64,000 nt of DNA from Lineus longissimus (lineage: Eukaryota): assembly GCF_910592395.1 (NCBI RefSeq), contig NC_088308.1, forward strand, positions 1,426,001-1,490,000. Reading direction: 5' to 3'. The notes under the pieces were generated by a model that was given only the letters and a program-made list of their open reading frames with translations, searched no databases and was not told the DNA's origin. A program made the translations under genes and the position numbers. Every line of letters begins with the position of its first letter. Within the stretch, counting starts at the first letter, position 1. This document shows positions 40,701-52,700 of the stretch, one piece after another.

Positions 40701-43700
40701 ATTTGGCATCATAACTGATGAGCAGACATGCAGCCACAGGAATTCTCCCACGGAAAATTCCTTTTCCTTTTCTAGCTAATACAACGTGCCTTTTTACATG
40801 GATCATGCATACAATTCAAATTCAAATTGAATTCTTTTGTTATGAAGCACCTATAGAACACCCATGCACACTCTTACTATCATGTTTGTCTACTTGTAAA
40901 CAAAGAACCCTCATCCACGAGTCCATGATCTACAAGCTTGTTTTAGAAACTGAGAACATCCAAACTATCAACTAAAATCCTTCCTATTTTACCACACAAA
41001 CAGCTTTCCCCAGTTACATATAGAAATATGAACATTTCATCAACATATTTCACTATGCAAACATTCAGATAACATTGATTTGGAATGAATTTGCCCATAT
41101 CCTTCAATGGGTAGGGTGTCATGCAAGCCATCTGTTCCTGGGGACATAACCAGCCGCTAACCCAATACATGTTCAACCCTCCCAAAACTGACGGTCGTTT
41201 TGCACCGATGAAAATGTTTTAAGGTAAAGATGCACAAAAAACAAGAGGCCCAAGAGCCAGTTTCTCAGCTGAATGAACAAAATGAAATCTGTCATTGAAA
41301 CCATCAGTCATGGGCAGGATATTTTATATCAAGCAGGCCTAAAAATACATGTAGACCCCAGTAAACAAGGGTGACCTACACTTTATTCCAAGATCAAGAA
41401 GGGGCTGACCTGACGAGGAGGCAAACCAGGGCGCACCTGAAAATGACAACCACGTTTACAAAGTGATATTTATTGGCATCAGTAGACAGCAAGAAGAGAG
41501 AACTGAAATAGTTGAACATAATCAGAACTGAAGTCATCCCAAGTGAACTGAAACGATTGACTTCTACTGCGCAGTTCAAAACTGCTGTTTCAACATCATG
41601 GTGTTCACTTTTCACATCCTTCTTCCTCTCTTAAGTGCAATATTGTTTTCATTTCCTCAAGAGGCTTTCAGTTCTGATTTGCCAACAGGTGGCATTTCAA
41701 TTCAGTCCAAGGCACCATTACACCCACATAAACCTGAAAGAAGAGGTTGGACCTTGTACTCCCATTCAACATCCTAAAGCAATAGATAGAAGAGGCAGAC
41801 ACGAAGCGACAACATTCAGATTAGGGGTGCTCTAAAAGAGATGCAGTCAATGCTATACCAATAGCTATTAAACTGATCAACGTTTTTGGCATTCTGGGTC
41901 ACATCATGTCATGGTCTTACATTAGACACTAGATCTTTCAAACACCGCCCCAACATGTGATTGACAGTAACATGACAAAAGCCAGAATGTGCCAATAGTT
42001 GAATGTCAACAGTCAATATCTGTTTTAATACTTCAATGCCAAAACCTCTTAATCTATTTTCATAAACACCACAGACATGTTATTAAAAGTCAAAACAGCT
42101 TAGTAATGGTCCCTTAAACAGCAAAACAAAAGCAACAGATCTGCCCACTTCTTCTTGACTTGTGACATCCAACAATTGGCACATTTTCATTACAACAAGC
42201 ACATACATTAATCAGATAATGACAGTTAAATGTGACAGACAGGAAAGATGTATACCAGCTTACAGCCAGACGGACAGATTGTGACCATTGCACTGGACCC
42301 AGCTAAACCTTAGCCTGACCAGACCACGCATGCCTTGCTCCAAGCATTCACCTCAGCCCAGTGTGTGTTTCTCTATTGTATTGTAATGATTGTTAATATA
42401 TGTGTGAATGTCTGTTTCTCTGTTGTATTGTAATGATTGTTAATATATGTGTGAATGTCTGTTTCTCTGTTGTATTGTAATGATTGTTAATATATGTGTG
42501 AATGTCTGTTTCTCTGTTGTATTGTAATGATTGTTAATATATGTGTGAATGTCTGTTTCTATATTGTATTGTAATGATTGTTAATATATGTGTGAATGTC
42601 TGTTTCTCTGTTGTATTGTAATGATTGTTAATATATGTGTAAATGTCTGTTTCTCTGTTGTATTGTAATGATTGTTAATATATGTGTGAATGTCTGTTTC
42701 TCTATTGTATTGTAATGATTGTTAATATATGTGTGAATGTCTGTTTCTCTGTTGTATTGTAATGATTGTTAATATATGTGTGAATGTCTGTTTCTCTATT
42801 GTATTGTAATGATTGTTAATATATGTGTGAATGTCTGTTTCTCTATTGTATTGTAATGATTGTTAATATATGTGTGATGTCTGTTTCTCTGTTGTCTTGT
42901 AATGATGGTATGAATGTCTGTATAGGCATGACCCCCGTGCTTCACTTGGGAGGAGAAAGGTATGTTCATTTGAAAGTAGATTACAAGTCCCCAAGCATCC
43001 TGTCATCAACACTCCCATTGGAGCCAAAAGGAGACAAACTTAAAGTCTCTCATTAAGGAACTGTCTTATAGGGTTAAACCAATCACGTAAGAGGTAATGT
43101 TGCATTGGAAAAACAATTGAGCAGAAAATCCAACGAACTGATGGGAAAAAGCCATCCCAGAAGATTAATCAAAGAATTGTTATGTAAAGGGGCTTGGGCA
43201 CCAATGTATCAATACCGCCTGTCAAAGCCAATCACATTCTTGCTAGGACCCGTTGCTCGGCAACCAAACGATTGATTGATTGAGATGAATGATATCACTT
43301 TATCCAATTATCTCCGACATACCGACAAATAGTTAGCATAGTTCGGCGCAAAATATAAATGAGATTTTGCCGGCCGTTAATAAATGACGATGTCTTGCTG
43401 ATCAATACGGCATGATGACGATACATGGTTTACTTAACTGTTGACATGTGATGAGAAAGAAACCTGATCAGTTTTTAAATAGATCACATGACAGATGACA
43501 AATCAATAACATGCTGATTATCGGATATTTTTATGCCTGTGTTTGTATTTTTCTGACTTCAACATGGCATGGCATCATCTTTAGCAGCTGAGGGAGGCAT
43601 ATTTGATTTATTGCAATTTAGAGAATGATTAGTCGTCATCAGTTATCAATCTCGTCTGACCAGAGACATCAGCATGTGACTGTCCTTCTTCTGCAGTGAG

Positions 43701-46700
43701 TAACAAGTCAGCAGCAATTACAGATCAAGGAGTGTCTTTTTCGGGAAGATTTTAAAAGTTATGAATAGATCCATTTTGTCTGCACCCATCACAGAATATT
43801 AAAAGCATACCATTTAAGACAGCGTCTAAAGTGGGATCTAGATTACAACATCAAGGTCAGGTGTGTGGCAAGTGGTACAAGTTAACAACACAAAAGTGTA
43901 AGTGACTAGGTATATTTTACAACGAGTTGGTCAAGAAATCCGATAATCAGAATGAACATACACTTTCCGTGACAACCCAGGATAATTGTGAAGCAGGGGT
44001 ATGCGGGGAGGTTTTTATTTTGTTTACAGGTCATGAGTGTCGGAGGTGACCAGTGTGCTGAACTTACCACAGAGGGGAAGAAATCGCTGTCCTGCAATTG
44101 ATAACATGAAGATTGTCTATGGAGATCTACGGCAAAGTTGTGTAAGACTTGACATGCTTGAGACTGATAGACAAATTTGAATATTTTGACCAAACCTATT
44201 TTGGAGCAAAAGGTATCAATCCAAGCACAACGACAGGACACTGATGAAGCTTGCCATTGGGTCGATCAATATCACTGCCAACATCACAACACTTTACAAT
44301 ATCATCATTGTGTGAGTTATGTGGTGTCTGGGATGTATTGAGCACCTGCTGAAATAGCCTGTGTGATTTGTATCCAGTCATTCTTCAACCTTTCATTGTA
44401 CTATCCCAAATTTCAACCAACCTTGAGGGACGTCACATCATTTTACTTTATTGACCTGTTAATTGATACCCATTTCCACGTACACAAATGGACATTGTAG
44501 AAATCACAATTTAAATTGAACCCCAATTAGCCAAGGGCGCCTGACCAGACAAACTTGTAAATTAGTGCCAAACCATTTCTCCAATTGACCCTAAATACCC
44601 TATAAAATGACTTCTAATTGTGCAATAACTACATGTCGTCTATTACCACAAGGCCACTTAAGTGCACCAGTGCTGGTTATAAGGTACTGGGTATTGGCAC
44701 CAACAGTGGCCTCTACCCGTACAGGCTTTGAGCTAGTAGTGTGTTTTGTTATAATGGACATGTGAGACATTTACTTTTTAAGGATGCATACGACTGGTTG
44801 AATTTGTTAGGTGGGAAGGACGGGATTCATGGGGTTGAAGACTGGCTACGATGAATGTGTTATTTTGTTAAGATTTGAGTGATAGTGTCATGTTCTTACC
44901 AAGGAGATTTGACCGCACGGTGATTGACAGATGTGTGGTCCCTCGGAGTATTTCCAGTGCTCTCATGTGCGTGACTTGTTCAAAGTTGTATCCGTTCACC
45001 TCGATAAGCTGAAATGGGAGGCAAAGAGTCAAGCAAGCATTCAGAGCTGAAACAACCATCACATTTCAGTGCCTGTGTCAGGAATGAAGGTGCATGTACT
45101 CATGTAAACCTTTAAAGATACAGGTCCATAAAAATAAAAGTTTGATGGGTATAGATCATCCTTGGCACTTACTTGGTCCCCTCGTTTGAGGCCTGCCTCA
45201 TTCGCTTTGGACCCTCGCTCCACTTTTGAAATAAATATCCCACAGTTGCGTTCCAAGCCACCAAGCACCGAGAAGTGTAGGATCTCATCCTTCGTTGACC
45301 TCGTCAGTGTTACAGTCCGTGGCCGGGCCTTGGCAGCACAGGCTATACTCAGCAAGCGCATCTGACCTGACATTCTCTGAAAGGGGTGAGAAGAAATATG
45401 CTGCAGTTTTAACCAACTTAAACATCTGAATGAAAACTCATTCCATCAACTTGAAAATAAGCATACTGTTCTTATGAGAAACGTCAGGATGCAATGTCTC
45501 CTGCTACCCTTCTAAAGTGATTACAGATTGCAACTTTTTTATCAAAAGCCTCATACCTCTCGTTCTAAGAGTTTCTCAAACTTCTCCAGGAAGTCACTCA
45601 TGACGGGCTCCGTCTCGAAGTCATTGAAGTGGTTGTTCACCCATAGAAGCACCACACGCGTAACCTGCAGGGATAAGATAGTGTCAGTTTAGAGCTTGCA
45701 CAAGGGGAGGGCAAGATAATTCATAGGAGGATGGGCACTGTGTGCTGGAGATGGTAACAGCATCTCTCACAGTAGGTTACTGTCCTCTTCAAATCACACT
45801 CTCAACAGTCAAAGGCAATCAGCCTATATGTTTGATCTGGCTCAGGCATCATCCACCAACTGATTATATCCTACACACGATGTGTTAACCTTAGGTGTAT
45901 GGTAGACCTGGTGTTGTCCTATCTTTCATCCCATTCCAATCACTGGATCGAGCACCTTTGCAAACTTGGCACCACCACTGCCTGAAGAGTTAAAAGACGT
46001 TTCCCCCAACTTACTCTGTCCTTTAGAATGGGGTCATTGAACCACAGTAATAGTTTATTGGCTACATCCACTGGGCTCTTGAGGAACGTTCGATAAGTGA
46101 GCAGGAAGTCCTCTACGTAGGTTGGGTCGACGGATGAATGCTCATCCACCAAGTGAGTCATCAGTCTCTCAGCGGTCGCCTGAAAGTGAGGAAATTAGAA
46201 CATTTTTACTTGAATCTTGGCACATTATTCCGGCATAAGAAAGAAACCACGACAGTGAAGTTCAATACAGAGTATTGTACGACTTCCAAATTGACCTCAT
46301 GTGTGTAATAAGAGGTATTTGTGAAGAGAGCCTTCGAGAAACTCACCCTAATGGTTATCTGTGCCTTCCTCCCGCCATCAAGGAGACGTTTCTCAGTGAC
46401 AAGGGTAACCTTGCCTTCTTCCTCATGGCGGATGGTGTTCTCCTCCCCCTGGTGGAGAATCCGGTAGTAATCTGCCTGCGCTATACACACGAACTGGCAG
46501 TCATCGATCATAGTTCGCATGGTACCCTTGTGATAGAGTTTTTCCATGGTCGGGGTGATACCAAAACTGAAATATAAATAAGGAATGTTCAAAACCCAAC
46601 TGTGAATTTCAATTTTTCAATAGACATCAATGAACATCATTTAAAGAAAGTTTTTAGATCAATGTCTTATCTAAATCAATTTATTGGTGTACTTGGGGGT

Positions 46701-49700
46701 CTAATAGAAATCAGCAGACATCAATAGACATGAATTGGCTAACAATCATCTGACAGATGTCTATTTTAGATGTCTATGAGACATCTACAAGTATCTACTA
46801 ACAAGATATTTCATGAAAATCACCAGATTTTCCCTCCGTACGATGGTGTGTTTGCCCAGGCAATAGAAATCTCGGTTTTTGTCTCATTCTGAGGACATGG
46901 CTCGTGGAGTCCAGTTTGAAACCCCACATCCCTGGTTTCATTGAAAGCTCACCTGTCACCCATAGTCAGCTCCTCTATCCTTCCATCGGGGCGGACGATC
47001 TCAACCTGACCATTCAATATCACCGACCAAGAGTCTAATTCTTCACTATCGTTCATCACGATAGTCCCGGCTTTTTCAACAACGGCAAACACCATGACGG
47101 CACAGAATTCGCGTCTTGTTGCCAATGTCATATTCATAAATGCCTAAAGATGAAATAAGATCTGTTAAGTTAAGATGCCACATGACCAACATCAGCTCGT
47201 TTATTTCAGGGAAATGGCACTAAATACAGCTGACACCCATTTAGATTTGGGAAACTTCACTTTTCCTACTGAGTTAGAGACTCACTCTCTCCACCATTTT
47301 CGTCACTTTAGTGTAATATTGAACCAAATGTCAATGAAGCGCAAATTTTGAAAAAAACTGAATTCTACTTACGGGAAAATGCTGCATGAAATCCAGCAGT
47401 ATCTCAATATCATCTTCATTCCTGTCTGCGGGATCCTTTTCAAGACATTCCCTAACCGTATCTCGCACCACATACGACTGCAAGAACATGAGGGTTAGCT
47501 GGTCACTCGAGGTATAAACTCAATCAAAGGTTCGTGATAATATGCTGGTAAGAAGCTACAATTATCAAGCGATGAACAATTTCCTACCATTCTACCGTTA
47601 GTTTGGAAAAATGTTAGCCAATTTACAATGCATGAGAAAAGAAAATTTGGCGCACTAAGACTTGATTTGATCACTAAATTGATAAGGCTAATCCATCCCT
47701 GAATACTTACAAATACTTGCAAAGAGATATACATATTGGTAAAAAAACAGGTTCAACTCTGTATGGGACACATGTACAGTACATCCAAGTCGAGGTTGGA
47801 TTACAATGCCGATTTTCAAAATTTTAGCGTAAACTGCTGCTCGCGCTTTAGGGTGTTTCTTTTATACTAGCAGTTGATAAAACATGTGCTCAGACACATG
47901 TACTCCAACGTGAAGACAAGAAAAGTACAAAGTCATGATCTCCGCGTTATCGTGCCGAGCACGACAGAACATTACTGTATTATAAAGCCTTCTCATTAAT
48001 GAAAGTTGTTCATGACAATCACGGCATAGTACATGACATCAATCTCCCCCTTCTTAATGCTGATTGATGACAAACACGGCCCTGATTCTTACATCATTTG
48101 ACTCTGCATAACTTCCCTCTTCGTCATCCGAATCAACCAAACTCTCGGCCAATCCGCTCAGATCCACGGTCATATCTTGGTCATCGATGGACGACTGCAT
48201 CATGTCGGAGCCAGAGTACGCACTCGACGTGTCACTGGCGCGTGAGTTTCTCTTGAGGTATTGGTCAGTACGCTGGAACTGATCATGTCGAGGCAGCATA
48301 GGCACGGGTAACTCCAGCTAGAATGTAAACACTTAGGTTAAATCAGGTTTGCAAAATAATGGTAGTACGAGGACAACCAAATCAGCAGCAACACTGCCAA
48401 CAGTCAAATTTACAAAATCTTCCGGAGTCCTACTTGAGGTAAAAGTCGACATAGCTGTAGCTGTCCCCCGTGGGAAAGTCTTCGACCAGATCAGATGGCC
48501 AATCTGCCAGACGTCCTTTGACTATCTAGAGCAGATCGTATGTCAATTAGTAGTGATTTCCAAGAGCGGGATCAGGCCATGTTGCCTGAATGAGAACAAG
48601 GCTGTGATGAGGTGGAAATAATGTCCACATCTTGGCTTGGTTTCTAAGCAGTCTTCACTGGTATTGACTTGGTTGCGAATACTGTCTCATTTTGTATACA
48701 AACCAATGTCCTGGATGTGTTTGAAGACATCAGATGACGAAATAAATTGTACTGTCTGACGTAGGCCTACTGACTTCAGAAACTCAGTCTATGGTCTCTT
48801 GGACGACTCACCGTGTCTATACACCCCTCGGAGGCGTGTCTGCCCCTTGCGCTCCTTACTTCATGTGACATCTGGGTATCATTGTGATTATTAGGTAACA
48901 TTTGATCATAATTCATATTCGCACATGGCGGTTGTTGACTCGTTTTCATCAAGTGCACATCAGGATAGTCAATCTGCAATGAGAAAGACAGTAAAGAACA
49001 TCAGAATTGAAAGATCAGACCTTAAAAATGCAATTACAATCATAGACTGTATCTTCTGCTTTCTTCATCATTCCCCTTGGTTGTCAATTTCTCTGATCAG
49101 GCATCAAATCACGATCATCATCATCACGATCATCATTGTATCTCCCAGACAAATGGTGATTGGGCTTGGGGTGACCCTCCACATTTGACTAAAGCAGCAC
49201 CATGTTCTCCTGTCTTCCACAAGGTGGATCAAGCCTCTGGTCTTTCGTCCCGACCACATTTTTGATTTCCTTCCACACTTGGATGATGTTCGCTGGGGTT
49301 CCACTGAGCCAAAGGTATAAAATACAGCCTATAAAAGTAGCAGCTCTGGCTTCAACAACAAGCTGTCCAAAGCTATATGAAAAAATCCAAGCAGTTATCG
49401 AAGTGCTCATGGCAAGATAGCTCACATACATGCTAAGGAAATTAAGAAGCAGCAGTTGGCTTCCTTTATCAAGAATATAATGCTAAATATATCATGAATA
49501 CCACAGTTTTGCCATTGGGCATGTTGGGCTGAAAAGCCATATAACAGTTTGTGTTTAGGTGGGACCAAAGCAAAAACCCATAACTTAACCTTTGAATGCA
49601 AAGGAGACAGTGAATAAATGTAAACAGATGGAAATGTCACACTGCCAGCAAACAATGTAAATCTTACATGGGTGATCAAACATCCCGTGACAGACTGACC

Positions 49701-52700
49701 CACGCCTATTCATTATCAGTGATCAACAACCACGACCACAGTAATCTTATGAGACAAAGGCAGTTCTGATTCCCTTTGATGATAGATCATGCAGAAAACA
49801 TTTGACGATTCCATTCCATGATCGTGATTCCAGTTCCAGTTGTACATCAATGCATTGTAGGCGTTATTAACTTAGGATGAAATTGCCAATGTAGCCAACT
49901 TCTTGACGAATCACACTCAATGTGATTCAACAAAGAGTCAAGGTGATCAGAAACTTTCTTGCAGAATGAGAGTTGTTTTGTGATGTCATATCTATTAATC
50001 ACAGCAATGGGAAGAGGGACAGAGTCTGAATTCTTTACATTGGTTGGCTGACTTGCGAATGCGACCTTCAGGGATATGTCAATGATCCACCACGTTCCAG
50101 ACATGTTCCCAATATCTTCTTCTTGACGGCTTTGCTCTTGACAATACCACACATTTCTTTTTCTTTTGGCAGTATTGGGAGCCAGGCTCTGTTGTAGACA
50201 GCAATGTCTATCCCCACCAACTCTTCAGTTGTGGCCCATTGCATGACAACAAAACTCTGTCATGACACGTACCACAATTCAGGGTACTGGTCACCCAGCT
50301 GAAATCTTTCAGAGGGAGTCGTTTAGTGAATGACTACTTCATAACTTCCTGACATGTCCCTGTCCACTACTGGCACATGTCAGGAAGGTGGTGGACTCAT
50401 CGTCTACCAAACCTTTCAGCACAAAGGAGAAGAATAATGAGACTGATCAAAGTTTAGACATGTACCTTGAAGCAAGTTTGACTTTCATGATCAAAGGTTG
50501 AGACAGAAAGAATCTGATGAAGAATCTTTATAGGGTTTCACACATGAAACATGGCCAGGGGGAATGGATGTCAGATAACTATCAAGGTTGCTTATTAACT
50601 GCATATCTGGGCTTCCCTTCTGGTCAGCAACATAGCTGGTCACTGACTCCTTCAACCACTGCCATACTTTATAACATGTTCAAGGTTTGATCGTCCACAT
50701 GGCCTGACAAGGCCTGACATGAAGGTTATGTGTCCAACATGAAATGGTTAAAGAAGCCTACGTCATTCAGCAGCTGTGTGGTATCGATCGCGTATCGATC
50801 GGCCGTGCCTCCATCTCTCAGATTGGCCATCTTGTCTTTCAATCCTGCCAGCATTGATCCGCACGCTATCAATAGAAGTGCTAACAAGAAGAGACCTAGT
50901 TACCAGCTTCGGCAATCACATTATGCTGCCAGTAACCGTGTAATAAAGGTATCATTGTCTGGACTGCTAACATGCATATCAACAAGTTGGATCAAATCTT
51001 TCTGAGATAGGGTGCAGAGATGTTTGGTTGGTTTAGAAGTCATGTAATTACGCTAGAAATTGAGTTTTAGTTATAGCTGTCAGATAGAAATATTCGTGCG
51101 GTTATTTGTGGTGAAAGGTTCAGGTAATGTCATTTGGAGGTGCTTATCAGTAATGTCAGATGACCCATCTTGGAAGTTGCTGCTCCTGTTACTTGAGAAG
51201 GAGTTTGGTTTATAAAGTTAGTCGATCATGTGAGCTCAAGAGCACAATGATACGGCCCGGTTTGGGCTTGTACTTTCGACCCTTTTTGAAGAGCTGGACC
51301 AGAAGAAGAACACCGCCTCACACCATGCAGCTGCTTGCACATTCATGATAAGCCCTAGCAATACTTGAATGGGATGGCCATTTACGTTTTCCAAGTACGG
51401 TATAGTAAAGACACGATTGCACAAGGAAATAATTCATAATGAGACTTCCACGAATACGTTCAAGTACATGTATCAAATATCCGAACTGGTTTTATTAGTT
51501 ATCCTGAACGCATTAATCATCTGGCTCAATAAACCTTGACGATCACTAACGTGGATTGATAATAAAGAAATATTGAGAGAATATCGCGGAACACTCGTAT
51601 CAAGCTGATGAACTCATCTGAATCTATTTTTAGTACCATGAGGAAGAAAACCAAGTGAGAGGAACCAGATTCTCCATAAAAAAGATGGAAATCATCTCAC
51701 AAGTGGCAATTAATGTTTATCATGATTGCCAGACTAATCGGGGAGAATATTAGACCCGGAAGGCGCATTTTATTTATTTAAGTCAACCAATGTAAAATTT
51801 ATTGGGGAAGAATTGAGTAGAGGTGTAATATGCCGGGGGCGGTGAATTTGTTTCAAGAAGCGAAATTGGTGCAAAATTGGTGCAAAATTAGAAATGTCTC
51901 CATTTGCACTTGCTGTAGAATCACTCATGTTTGAGGTTTCCAGGTTCCAAGTCTAAAACAAGATTTCTCCAAGATATCAAACAGTTCAACCTTACAACAT
52001 CTCCTTCTAGCTGTATACATTGACGAATTAGTCCACTTAAACTCACTTCAAAACGTACCCCACAAGGGTTTAATGGTACTTGTCAGGAGCCTAAGATCTT
52101 GAGCCACTCATAAAATGTCATAGCTCCCAGCCAGACATCGTTGATAAACCGCCACAAATTCAACTGGTGTTTTCAAACCCTTCCGGCATTTCATGGCGTT
52201 ATAAACTAACTTGAAAATGAAAGGTGTCAGGATCAATGATAGCTATGTTTCATCACAGCCTTAAGCTCAAGAGAATTTGAGAAAATTCAGACGAGGCGCT
52301 GTTGAATTTGAACAAATTGTGCCAATTTCTACTTGAATAACTGAAATTATTTTATCTGTAAGTTTCTTCACTTTAACCGGGGAAAATGCTTTGTAGGTGA
52401 TAGAAATGAGTTCTCAACACTAATGAGTCAGAATATTGAATTGGCTTGTAACACGTACCAAGAAAGGTCCAACAATTAGGAAAGATAATTGAATTTCCAC
52501 GGAGCACGTTCCCTGCCACATGCACACACGGAAAATGCTGTACACGTGTCACATTGTTTGGATTTAACCTTTAAATGCTTGGAAGAAATGAACGAGAGAG
52601 TCTCACGATATTACTTACAATCACGAGCGTTGAAAGGGCGATCGTGAAAAACTGGTCATCGCAAGACAAGCAATAGGTCTTGAGCGTATTCATGAAATAT

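Noticed and set aside
44241..44275. CTGATGAAG...GTCGATC resembling a minimal hammerhead ribozyme
   Set aside because: Lacks the GAAA core and convincing flanking stems.
46590..46860. Cluster of AGACATC/GATGTCT motifs suggesting a MITE
   Set aside because: Too decayed to define termini or a TSD.
48434..48585. Possible extra RAPGEF exon ([17 protein letters not shown]...)
   Set aside because: Candidate boundaries are phase-incompatible or hit stops, and the flanking exons join in frame without it.
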